NCBI GenBank assembly: GCA_964474885.1
Contig: CAYYWO010000013.1
Location: 1 to 17,839 of the forward strand
DNA length: 17,839 nucleotides
Source: Candidatus Hadarchaeota archaeon
GTDB lineage: Archaea > Hadarchaeota > Hadarchaeia > Hadarchaeales > JAWBSP01
Reading direction: 5' to 3'
The translations under genes were made by a program, and so were the position numbers. Shown piece after piece: positions 1-6,849 of the stretch. The notes beneath the pieces were generated by a model, which was given only the letters and a program-made list of their open reading frames with translations, searched no databases and had not been told where the DNA came from. The stretch's first letter is position 1. Each line of letters starts with the position of its first letter.

Positions 1-29
1 TCGATGATGAATTCGAATTCCTAGATTAA
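1..29 (+). CDS. Possible 3' end of an upstream gene (..DDEFEFLD*)
   Basis: Open frame 3-26 ending in TAA at 27-29, then a T-rich tract and the next RBS. Confidence 0.35.
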
Positions 30-57
30 TTTTCTATTTTTAAGGAGGTCGATTCTG

Positions 58-423
58 ATGGCTAAGAAGTGGGTTTGTTTCGGAAATGAGGAAATAAGCA
101 TAATGCTAATTGCATTTGAGTATGCATATGACGAAGAAAGATATTTCTCTGGAATAGACGAACTTGAGGGTGCAGTGGTTGACAAGAGCTACACGAACAT
201 ACTCGAAGCTCTGAAAGATTTTCAGGATTGCTTAGATAGGGATTTTGAATCTGTTGAGCTTACAATACTTACTAAGCACAAGAAAGAAGGTATTAGAGTT
301 ATAAGAATTACTATATCTGAAAATGGGGAAACGACAATCTGTTTATCTATAGATTTAGATGACATAAACAAAGAATTATCTAAAAAGATAGATAAAATTA
401 AAGAAATTATTTCAAATCTATAG
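58..423 (+). CDS. Hypothetical acidic protein, 121 aa
   Basis: AAGGAGGT RBS at 42-49; no motif recognised. Confidence 0.8.
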   Translation: MAKKWVCFGNEEISIMLIAFEYAYDEERYFSGIDELEGAVVDKSYTNILEALKDFQDCLDRDFESVELTILTKHKKEGIRVIRITISENGETTICLSIDLDDINKELSKKIDKIKEIISNL

Positions 424-435
424 TGGGGGATTCTG

Positions 436-588
436 ATGTATAAGCTAGTTATCAATCCCGAATATAAGGTTAAGGCTGGGAAACCAGAATGCAATCATGA
501 AAGAACTGTAATACAGCTAGGAAATGTGATTTACGAGTTCTGCGATGAATGTAGAACCGTTTGGATCCGCAAGGAGGAACAAACATGA
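436..588 (+). CDS. Small Zn-ribbon-like protein, 50 aa (not in ORF track)
   Basis: MYKLVINPEYKVKAGKPECNHERTVIQLGNVIYEFCDECRTVWIRKEEQT; CxH...CxxC; G-rich RBS upstream; ATGA overlap with the next gene. Confidence 0.8.
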   Translation: MYKLVINPEYKVKAGKPECNHERTVIQLGNVIYEFCDECRTVWIRKEEQT

Positions 589-1157
589 GAAGGTGTGATT
601 TATTAAAATATCATGATTATATTTCTTTTATTATTGACAAGTTATTGGAACGGTTATACAACCTGCTTAGGAAGACTGAGGATGAGATGACGGTGATGGC
701 CGTAAAGCATGTTATAAACGTACTGGAGGAGGAGAAGAGGAGTTTATGGTTTTCATCTCTGTGTAAGAAGGTATTCAGTGGTTATAGGATAGGGATGACG
801 GATTTGGATAAGGTTGTTGTTCTTAACGGAGAAATTAGGGCCTTAATCGAATATAAGTTCCGAAAGGAGGATTTTGATAAGGCCATACCTGTGAATGCGT
901 TCCAACTTATAACATTACAGGAATTATCCAAGTTGTCTGGCATTCCGTTGTACTACATAGTGGAGATAGGAGAATACAGTGAAAAGTGGTTCAGGATTTT
1001 TAAGGTCAATCCTGATAAAAGATACAGGATAAAGAGATGCGGCAATGGCAATGCAAGAGATACCTATTCATTAATCAATCTTAATAACACTATTTTAATG
1101 AATGAGTTAGAATTTAAGTCATGGCTCAAGGAGGTCATGACAAATGGAAAGAGATAA
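585..1157 (+). CDS. PD-(D/E)xK-fold nuclease-like protein, 190 aa
   Basis: TDLD...ALIEYK motif followed by QLITLQELSKLSGIPLYYIV; start moved to ATG 585 using AAGGAGG at 571-577. Confidence 0.7.
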   Translation: MRRCDLLKYHDYISFIIDKLLERLYNLLRKTEDEMTVMAVKHVINVLEEEKRSLWFSSLCKKVFSGYRIGMTDLDKVVVLNGEIRALIEYKFRKEDFDKAIPVNAFQLITLQELSKLSGIPLYYIVEIGEYSEKWFRIFKVNPDKRYRIKRCGNGNARDTYSLINLNNTILMNELEFKSWLKEVMTNGKR

Positions 1158-2211
1158 TTTTTATTCTCCCCCGAGAATTAATGTGGGAAGGCGACCTTCA
1201 GGTAGGATCGATTTTACATTAAGAATTGATAAGCAGCTATACGAGAGATTGAAGGAAATAAGCCAGTCTACTGGAAAATCCATAGCAGATCTCTTAGAAC
1301 CAAAGATTATTGAGTTAATAGCATTATACGATTCAAATTTGAAGAATAGTAAGAGTGGGCTCGCCCGGATTCGAACCGGGGACCTTCGCCTCGTAAGGGT
1401 ATCGTTGAAAGACCTCTACACCAAACATAAGAAGAAATTCATAGAGTATATGCGAAAGAGAGTGAAAAAAGGAGAAATCTCAGAAGAGACTGTGGATGAT
1501 TACATATCAGCGCTTGATAAGAACTTATCTCATGTAATGCATCCAGATGAGCTTGAGGAATTGGTTCTAAAGGTAAAGGGTGACAAATTCGCTAAGGGTC
1601 TTAGAAATTTCTTCAACTACTTGGAGGATAGAGGAATCACGGATATAAATGGCTATGATCTTGACAAGTGGCGAAAGAAGACACCAATAAAGAAATATGG
1701 CTCGAGAGAAATCTTCATTAGTGATGATGAGCTAAAAGAAGCTTATTATTCTCACATCAGAAAACAAAACGACGAAGAGCTTGAATTGGTATTCCTGTTA
1801 TTAGTTTACAGCGGACTTAGACTTAAACATCTCTGGAGAGCCTTGAAAGCTTTCGATCCTCAAAATGTTGTTCAAGTAAATGAAAAAGTGATAAGATATC
1901 CTGTTTTCTCTGTTTCAAGAGGAAAGAAGAAAGCTTATTGGCTTTATTGTCCATCAAGCATCAAATTGAGAAAAATAACACAAGGATATGACTATTTTGA
2001 AGAGAATATTATTTACAAGAGAGTTTCAGCGATAACGATCAGAAGTTGGAATTATAATTTCTTGATTTTCAAAGGCGTTCCAGAATCTGTTGCTGATTTC
2101 ATTCAAGGCAGAGCAAGTGTAACAGTCGGTTCAAGACATTACTTGGCAAAGACTAAGCAAGCTGATGAGTGGTATACCCAAGTTGTTGATAAGTTTCCTC
2201 TGGAGGGTTGA
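1144..2211 (+). CDS. int: SSV-type tyrosine integrase with N-terminal ribbon-helix-helix (RHH) domain
   Basis: YSGLR, TIRSW, ADFIQGR and RHYL catalytic motifs; FTLRIDKQLYERLKEISQSTGKSIADLL RHH pattern; attP inside the coding sequence. Confidence 0.93.
   Translation: MERDNFYSPPRINVGRRPSGRIDFTLRIDKQLYERLKEISQSTGKSIADLLEPKIIELIALYDSNLKNSKSGLARIRTGDLRLVRVSLKDLYTKHKKKFIEYMRKRVKKGEISEETVDDYISALDKNLSHVMHPDELEELVLKVKGDKFAKGLRNFFNYLEDRGITDINGYDLDKWRKKTPIKKYGSREIFISDDELKEAYYSHIRKQNDEELELVFLLLVYSGLRLKHLWRALKAFDPQNVVQVNEKVIRYPVFSVSRGKKKAYWLYCPSSIKLRKITQGYDYFEENIIYKRVSAITIRSWNYNFLIFKGVPESVADFIQGRASVTVGSRHYLAKTKQADEWYTQVVDKFPLEG
1356..1399 (-). other. attP: attP: 3' half of tRNA-Val(TAC)
   Basis: Minus strand reads CC-CTTACGA-GGCGA-AGGTC-CCCGG-TTCGAAT-CCGGG-CGAGCCC-A: anticodon loop with TAC, T-arm, 3' acceptor strand and discriminator. 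The 5' half is absent. Confidence 0.92.
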
Positions 2212-2236
2212 GCAATGCAAATGTTGGGGCATAGGG

Positions 2237-2545
2237 TTATTTAACTGGAACCAAGACAATTATCTCATCTCCCAATTTTTTAACTCTCGAAATTAATTCT
2301 ACAAAACTTTTAGCTTTAATTAAAATACCACCATCAACCATTTCAGCTTCAAGATCGGTAGCTTTGAATAATCGCAATTGGTAGGCTGGAGCGGTTATCC
2401 AACTTTTAGGCAACGTTATTCCTTGACCATTTCCCATTCTACAAACCTTTCTTACATCATATCCAAACAGCTCCATATACCTAACCATGGGCCTTTCAGA
2501 TTTAAACTCCAAACAACATTCGAATTGTTCTGATAGTTCTAACAT
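2237..2545 (-). CDS. AbrB/MazE/SpoVT-like DNA-binding protein
   Basis: VRKVCRMGNGQGITLPKSWI signature; exact start uncertain. Confidence 0.72.
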   Translation of the reverse strand: MLELSEQFECCLEFKSERPMVRYMELFGYDVRKVCRMGNGQGITLPKSWITAPAYQLRLFKATDLEAEMVDGGILIKAKSFVELISRVKKLGDEIIVLVPVK

Positions 2546-2621
2546 TTATTACGATCGTCTTATTATTTATTCTTTTACATTGTTTACGCCAATATATTGG
2601 TTGGTTTTTGCAAGGGGGTGA
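2546..2621. promoter_or_regulatory. Divergent promoter region (AbrB gene / structural operon)
   Basis: AT-rich gap between divergent genes; perfect palindrome CCAATATATTGG at 2589-2600; GGTGA RBS at 2617-2621. Confidence 0.5.
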
Positions 2622-2628
2622 GATCAAG

Positions 2629-2991
2629 GTGTTGAAGAGCGTGAGGGCTAAGCTCGCTTTAAAGTTGGCCAAGAAATTCGGCATCACAAAAGAAATGATC
2701 GAAGAAAGGAAGAAGGAGTTCTTGGCATGGCTTTCTGAGCGAGGATTGCAGCCAAGCTGGGAGAACTATGTTGCATTCATAAAAGATACGAGGGGACAAG
2801 GGAACCTAATTGATTGGGTCATAGGTGTCATTCTTTTGGCAATTCTCGGCGTTGGCGTGGCACTTCCGATCGTCATAGACACTGTTAATCAAATATCGCC
2901 AAATCTGTCGGGCACAACGGCCATGATCGTCGGAATTATTCCGACGATCGTGGTGGTAGTAATACTACTGATGTTCCTTGGCAGGCGTTGA
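2629..2991 (+). CDS. Major capsid protein candidate (VP1-like hydrophobic hairpin, long leader, class III cleavage site)
   Basis: GTG start after GGTGA; about 56-aa charged leader ending FIKDTRG|Q; two hydrophobic helices with an NLS sequon in the loop; first gene of the structural block. Confidence 0.75.
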   Translation: MLKSVRAKLALKLAKKFGITKEMIEERKKEFLAWLSERGLQPSWENYVAFIKDTRGQGNLIDWVIGVILLAILGVGVALPIVIDTVNQISPNLSGTTAMIVGIIPTIVVVVILLMFLGRR

Positions 2992-2996
2992 TTAGC

Positions 2997-3311
2997 ATGG
3001 ACCTCACAATTTTTATTATTTCAATAATCATAACAATAATATTTGCGATATTTGGCATGAAATACTACGCCTACAGAGTACTGAGCACGATCTTGTTCAT
3101 TCTTCTTGGCGTAATAGTGCTTGCGGAGAACATAACAGTAACGAATTATTTCGTTGCTACGGTGAACAATTCGACGCAAATTGTCAATACTACAACTGTT
3201 CTGCTATCTCCACCGTTGAATTGGGTTATTCCAATAGCTTTGATATTCGGCGGTGTAGCTCAGCTGGGAGGAGGAAGAAGAGAAAGGTTTGGGGGATTAG
3301 TACATGGCTGA
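2997..3311 (+). CDS. Three-TM membrane protein
   Basis: Three hydrophobic segments; loop with NIT, NNS/NST and NTT sequons; ATG 2997 preferred over TTG 2988. Confidence 0.8.
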   Translation: MDLTIFIISIIITIIFAIFGMKYYAYRVLSTILFILLGVIVLAENITVTNYFVATVNNSTQIVNTTTVLLSPPLNWVIPIALIFGGVAQLGGGRRERFGGLVHG

Positions 3312-3696
3312 TGAAAGATATTCTCAAGCTCAGCATCAGCAGATGGTTTACAATTGGATTCAGTTCCAAAAGACTTTGAGTGAGCCTCAATCTCCTCTCA
3401 TAACTTCAGATGTTACGAGGGCAGTTTTATCTAAGCAGGGTTGTAATTTCATCCGCAGGCTAACGCTTTTTGCTAATATGCTCAAGACGAAAGGCTTTCA
3501 CAATTCAGCGAAGATGGTGATCGACCTTGCTGGTGCTTACGCAATCGCAACGCTCGGAATGGGCAACTATGCAATGCTTATCGCTCAATCAGTTTGGAGC
3601 GTCAGAGCTTTCATGTATCCAGAGGAGCAGAAGGAGGACGACATCATAAGTTCGATTTCTAAGCATTTACAAGGCTTTTTGAAGAAGAAGAGGTGA
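3304..3696 (+). CDS. Hypothetical protein, 130 aa
   Basis: Overlaps the previous gene, co-oriented; no motif recognised. Confidence 0.8.
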   Translation: MADERYSQAQHQQMVYNWIQFQKTLSEPQSPLITSDVTRAVLSKQGCNFIRRLTLFANMLKTKGFHNSAKMVIDLAGAYAIATLGMGNYAMLIAQSVWSVRAFMYPEEQKEDDIISSISKHLQGFLKKKR

Positions 3697-3700
3697 GATT

Positions 3701-4411
3701 ATGAAGATTAACGCCGAGAAAGTTATGCTGTTGGTTTTCGGGCGGGATAGAACCGTCAGATTTGAGAAAGGGCTGAAGCTCAAGGACGACATAATATTGA
3801 ACGGAGATAGAGCTTACTTGAGAAGAAACAGTGGGAGAAACAGCTTAATGCTGTTTTTACAATCTTGCGTTGTGCCAGCGAAAGGCGAAAGCGTCAAAAT
3901 CGAAGATTTGTATAAGGCCTACGTCGATTTCTGCGAAGAATATGGCTTTGATATTCTCAACACTCAGAAGTTTGTGGACATCATCGACGACTACCTCGAA
4001 GTAGATGCTATGAATGGCGTTGTTAAGGACATAGAAATCGCCGATAAAAGGGTGAAAGTCGAGAAAGATGCTGATATCTACATCTACGAAAGGCAAAGCA
4101 TTTTCAGGAAGAGAAAGATACCGGTTTTCGTAGTCGTCGAAGGAGTGCCAAAGACGATTACTTTCGATGAGCTTAAGAGCTACGCAATTGGAACTAATGG
4201 CGAAGTTATCAGCTTGGACGATTTTACCTTAGGACAGATGCTAAGCGAGAGCATGTTCATAGGAGCGACCATTGGAACTCAAAAGCTATTTTCAGACATG
4301 AAATTCATGATCATAGTTACCTTAGCGATGGCTCTAATAGCTGTAATACTGTGTAGCTACAACCTGTACTATGTACAACAGATTTTGAATATTCTGCAGA
4401 AGATACTATGA
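3701..4411 (+). CDS. C-terminally membrane-anchored protein with internal D5-type winged-helix domain
   Basis: GAGGTGA RBS; internal FLQSCV...VKIEDLYKAYVDFCEEYGFDILNTQKF pattern; C-terminal TM FMIIVTLAMALIAVILCSY. Confidence 0.7.
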   Translation: MKINAEKVMLLVFGRDRTVRFEKGLKLKDDIILNGDRAYLRRNSGRNSLMLFLQSCVVPAKGESVKIEDLYKAYVDFCEEYGFDILNTQKFVDIIDDYLEVDAMNGVVKDIEIADKRVKVEKDADIYIYERQSIFRKRKIPVFVVVEGVPKTITFDELKSYAIGTNGEVISLDDFTLGQMLSESMFIGATIGTQKLFSDMKFMIIVTLAMALIAVILCSYNLYYVQQILNILQKIL

Positions 4412-4491
4412 CGAGAAACGAGCTCGCCGTTGCGATTTGGCTTGGATTCTGTTTGTTGCTGATGTTCATGTATTTTGTATTGGTGGTGTAG
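4408..4491 (+). CDS. 27-aa single-TM microprotein (not in ORF track)
   Basis: MTRNELAVAIWLGFCLLLMFMYFVLVV; ATGA overlap upstream and stop abutting ATG 4492, filling the gap exactly. Confidence 0.72.
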   Translation: MTRNELAVAIWLGFCLLLMFMYFVLVV

Positions 4492-4872
4492 ATGCAAGCG
4501 CAGAATCAGACTGAAAAAACAACTTTGGAAATTTACGGTGAGAAGATTGAGCAGTTAGATAGGATTTTCACATTCACATCGTCAGTTGAAGTGAAAGCCA
4601 AAGTATTATTCCAAATGGTAGAAATCTGCAAAAGACTAGAAGAACGTGGAATTCTTGAGCTTAGCACTGAAATCGACGAAAATGAGCTGAAGGAATTGTA
4701 TGTACATGCGATTCTAGCATCTAGCAACTTCCAGATCGATGCTGAAGCTGAGATTGTTAAGAGATTGTGCCAGATCGAATCTGACTTGGTGCTAGATTGT
4801 ATTGAGGCTGGTTTGATCGTGAGGTTTCATGTTCCTGAAGAGGATGTCTGGAGTATGTTGGGTGATAGATAA
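4492..4872 (+). CDS. Hypothetical acidic helical protein preceding the ATPase
   Basis: GGTGGTG RBS; TAATG overlap with the ATPase. Confidence 0.8.
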   Translation: MQAQNQTEKTTLEIYGEKIEQLDRIFTFTSSVEVKAKVLFQMVEICKRLEERGILELSTEIDENELKELYVHAILASSNFQIDAEAEIVKRLCQIESDLVLDCIEAGLIVRFHVPEEDVWSMLGDR

Positions 4873-5801
4873 TGACTCTTATTGCTAAACTAGCTGAAAA
4901 AGCGTATGAAATCGATGGATATGTAGATGCATTAATATATGGGGATAAGGGAGCTGGTAAAAGCGTATATGCGCTTATATCTGCATTTAAGATATACAAT
5001 GATTGGGATACAGTCTTAAAACACCTCTTTTTTAGCCCTAAAGAAGCTATAGATTTCATACTTGAAAAGCACGAACGTGGTGAAAGAGTTAAGATGATAA
5101 TATTAGATGATGCTGGGTTATGGCTTGGGAAATTAAGGTGGTGGGAGAAAGAAAAGGTCGAATTTGCAGACTTCTATGATGTTATAAGAGAAGTATGCGC
5201 ATGTGTTGTTTTTACGGCTCCCTCAGACAACATAATGAGAAAGATTGTAAAAGATATACAATTGAGGCTTCACGTTCAAATTATTAACGATATTAAATCT
5301 AAAATCAGGATATATAAGAGAAAGCTACTTCCAAGTTTTAAGGAGATTGTAAAGACTGTAAAAGATGAAACATTCGATAGATGGATTCCTGATGAGGTTT
5401 ATCAAAAGTATAAGGACATGAAAAGAAAAGCAACGTATGAGAAATTACTGAAAGTTAAAGAATCATTAGATAAGTCCGAAAAGGGGGAAAAGGAAGAAAT
5501 TGTTCAAAATATTATAAAAGAATATTATATTATCAAGAACGGTAAGGAAATAAAATTCGAAAGAATTGCTGTTAGTCATGCCGTTAGTAATGCTCGATAC
5601 ACTTATCGTTTAACAATTCCAAGACAAGTCAGGAAGATTTATGGTGATTCGATTGTGGACATTCCTATGATTTGGATTCGTTTAACTAATGATGTCTTTG
5701 ATTTCCCAATTATAGTCCCTGATCCTTATTATGAAGATTTTATAAATATATTTCTAGAAAAGAAAGGAGGTGATTCATCATCAGCTTCTACGACATCTTA
5801 A
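4872..5801 (+). CDS. P-loop ATPase (SSV1 B251-like) with C-terminal AbrB-like segment
   Basis: Walker A GDKGAGKS, Walker B MIILDDAG; C-terminal YRLTIPRQVRK. Confidence 0.85.
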   Translation: MTLIAKLAEKAYEIDGYVDALIYGDKGAGKSVYALISAFKIYNDWDTVLKHLFFSPKEAIDFILEKHERGERVKMIILDDAGLWLGKLRWWEKEKVEFADFYDVIREVCACVVFTAPSDNIMRKIVKDIQLRLHVQIINDIKSKIRIYKRKLLPSFKEIVKTVKDETFDRWIPDEVYQKYKDMKRKATYEKLLKVKESLDKSEKGEKEEIVQNIIKEYYIIKNGKEIKFERIAVSHAVSNARYTYRLTIPRQVRKIYGDSIVDIPMIWIRLTNDVFDFPIIVPDPYYEDFINIFLEKKGGDSSSASTTS

Positions 5802-6058
5802 CCATTCGAGTTCCAACAGAATACTTAGTAATTTATTCGTTGTTTATTATATTTTTGTGGGTATTAAATGGTATCTTCCTAGCTAGAGATTTCATGCACT
5901 TTCAGAGAGCTTGTGAGAAGTATAAGCTCGATGATGTTGATGTTTTCCTTCATCCGACAGAGGATTATCCCGATGATGTGAAAAAAGCCGTTGGGAGAGC
6001 TTGGAAAAGTTTGATAATTTGGTGTGCGGTTACAGTCCTACTATTCGTTGGTTGTTAG
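5780..6058 (+). CDS. Two-TM membrane protein; probable start at ATC 5780 (fallback TTG 5840)
   Basis: AGGAGGTGA at 5765-5773; frame open from 5774 to 6058; two hydrophobic segments. Confidence 0.65.
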   Translation: MSFYDILTIRVPTEYLVIYSLFIIFLWVLNGIFLARDFMHFQRACEKYKLDDVDVFLHPTEDYPDDVKKAVGRAWKSLIIWCAVTVLLFVGC

Positions 6059-6073
6059 CGAGGAGGTGATAAT

Positions 6074-6253
6074 TTGGCAAGAAGGGGAAGGAAAGGAAGA
6101 AGGAAAGGAAGAAGAGGAAGAAGTGGAAAAAGAAGAGTGAGTTGGAAAACTGTGATGGCTAAGATAAGGAAAGGGCAGAGATTGACCAGAAGGGAGAGAG
6201 AGTTCCTTTCTAGAGCATTAGACAGAAGAAAGAAAGCCAAAGATGAAAGATAG
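6074..6253 (+). CDS. Protamine-like basic protein, 59 aa (not in ORF track); VP2-like DNA-binding candidate
   Basis: AGGAGGTGA at 6061-6069, TTG start; MARRGRKGRRKGRRGRSGKRRVSWKTVMAKIRKGQRLTRREREFLSRALDRRKKAKDER; 28 of 59 residues are K/R. Confidence 0.85.
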   Translation: MARRGRKGRRKGRRGRSGKRRVSWKTVMAKIRKGQRLTRREREFLSRALDRRKKAKDER

Positions 6254-6255
6254 CT

Positions 6256-6768
6256 ATGTCGCTCTTAAGCAAGCTTAAGGAAAAGGTTAGGAGAAAGAGA
6301 GAAGAGGTAGAAATCCAGGGAGTTAGCAGACCGAAGAAAACCGAGAAGATAAAGCGGTTTTTCACTATTGGAAGAGGGATAGCAAAGGAAGAGAAAAGAA
6401 GAGTGAGACGAGTTGAAGAGCTGCTTGAAGAAGCAGAGATCAAGGAGGAAGCTAGAAAGATCGTTAGTAAAGCTAAGAAAGCGGGTGTAGAAATCTCGCT
6501 TTTGGAAGCTGAGAGCTATGTGAGGCATAAGAAGAGGCAGAAAGAGCGAGAGAAGAAAATACAGATGGTAAAAAGCTTGGTTTCGAAAGGTTTTAGCAAT
6601 TTCTTAGAGGCTACAGGTTTTCCAGAGGAATATAGACCTAAGAAGGGTAAATCCAAGAAGAAGGGGAAGAATAAAGCGAAGAGGAATAGTGGAAGAAGAA
6701 AAGGGAAGAAGACAATTGTTAGAAGAAGTAAAGGAAGAAAGAGCACACCTATGATTCTAAGGTGGTGA
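6256..6768 (+). CDS. Highly basic K/R-rich protein, 170 aa
   Basis: Begins 2 nt after the previous stop; charged helical core and a K/R/G tail. Confidence 0.82.
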   Translation: MSLLSKLKEKVRRKREEVEIQGVSRPKKTEKIKRFFTIGRGIAKEEKRRVRRVEELLEEAEIKEEARKIVSKAKKAGVEISLLEAESYVRHKKRQKEREKKIQMVKSLVSKGFSNFLEATGFPEEYRPKKGKSKKKGKNKAKRNSGRRKGKKTIVRRSKGRKSTPMILRW

Positions 6769-6843
6769 AAAATGATTTGCTTTAAATTATATTTTTTAAT
6801 TGTTAAATTGCTTGAAAAGTTAAACTTGATCGAAAAGAGGTGA
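6769..6843 (+). promoter_or_regulatory. AT-rich gap, possible terminator and internal promoter
   Basis: Only sizeable gap in the + block; T-run and TTTAAA/TTAAA boxes; GAGGTGA RBS at 6837-6843. Confidence 0.4.
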
Positions 6844-6849
6844 TTGATC

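Noticed and set aside
9-20. GAATTCGAATTC palindrome
   Set aside because: Explained by Glu-Phe-Glu-Phe codons of a probable upstream gene end.
1356-1399. Functional tRNA-Val gene
   Set aside because: Only the 3' half is present, inside the integrase; it is attP.
2026-2049. Integrase inactivated because ITIR replaces the H/KxxR motif
   Set aside because: This position varies among SSV-type integrases and the Arg and Tyr motifs are intact; cannot be judged without an alignment.
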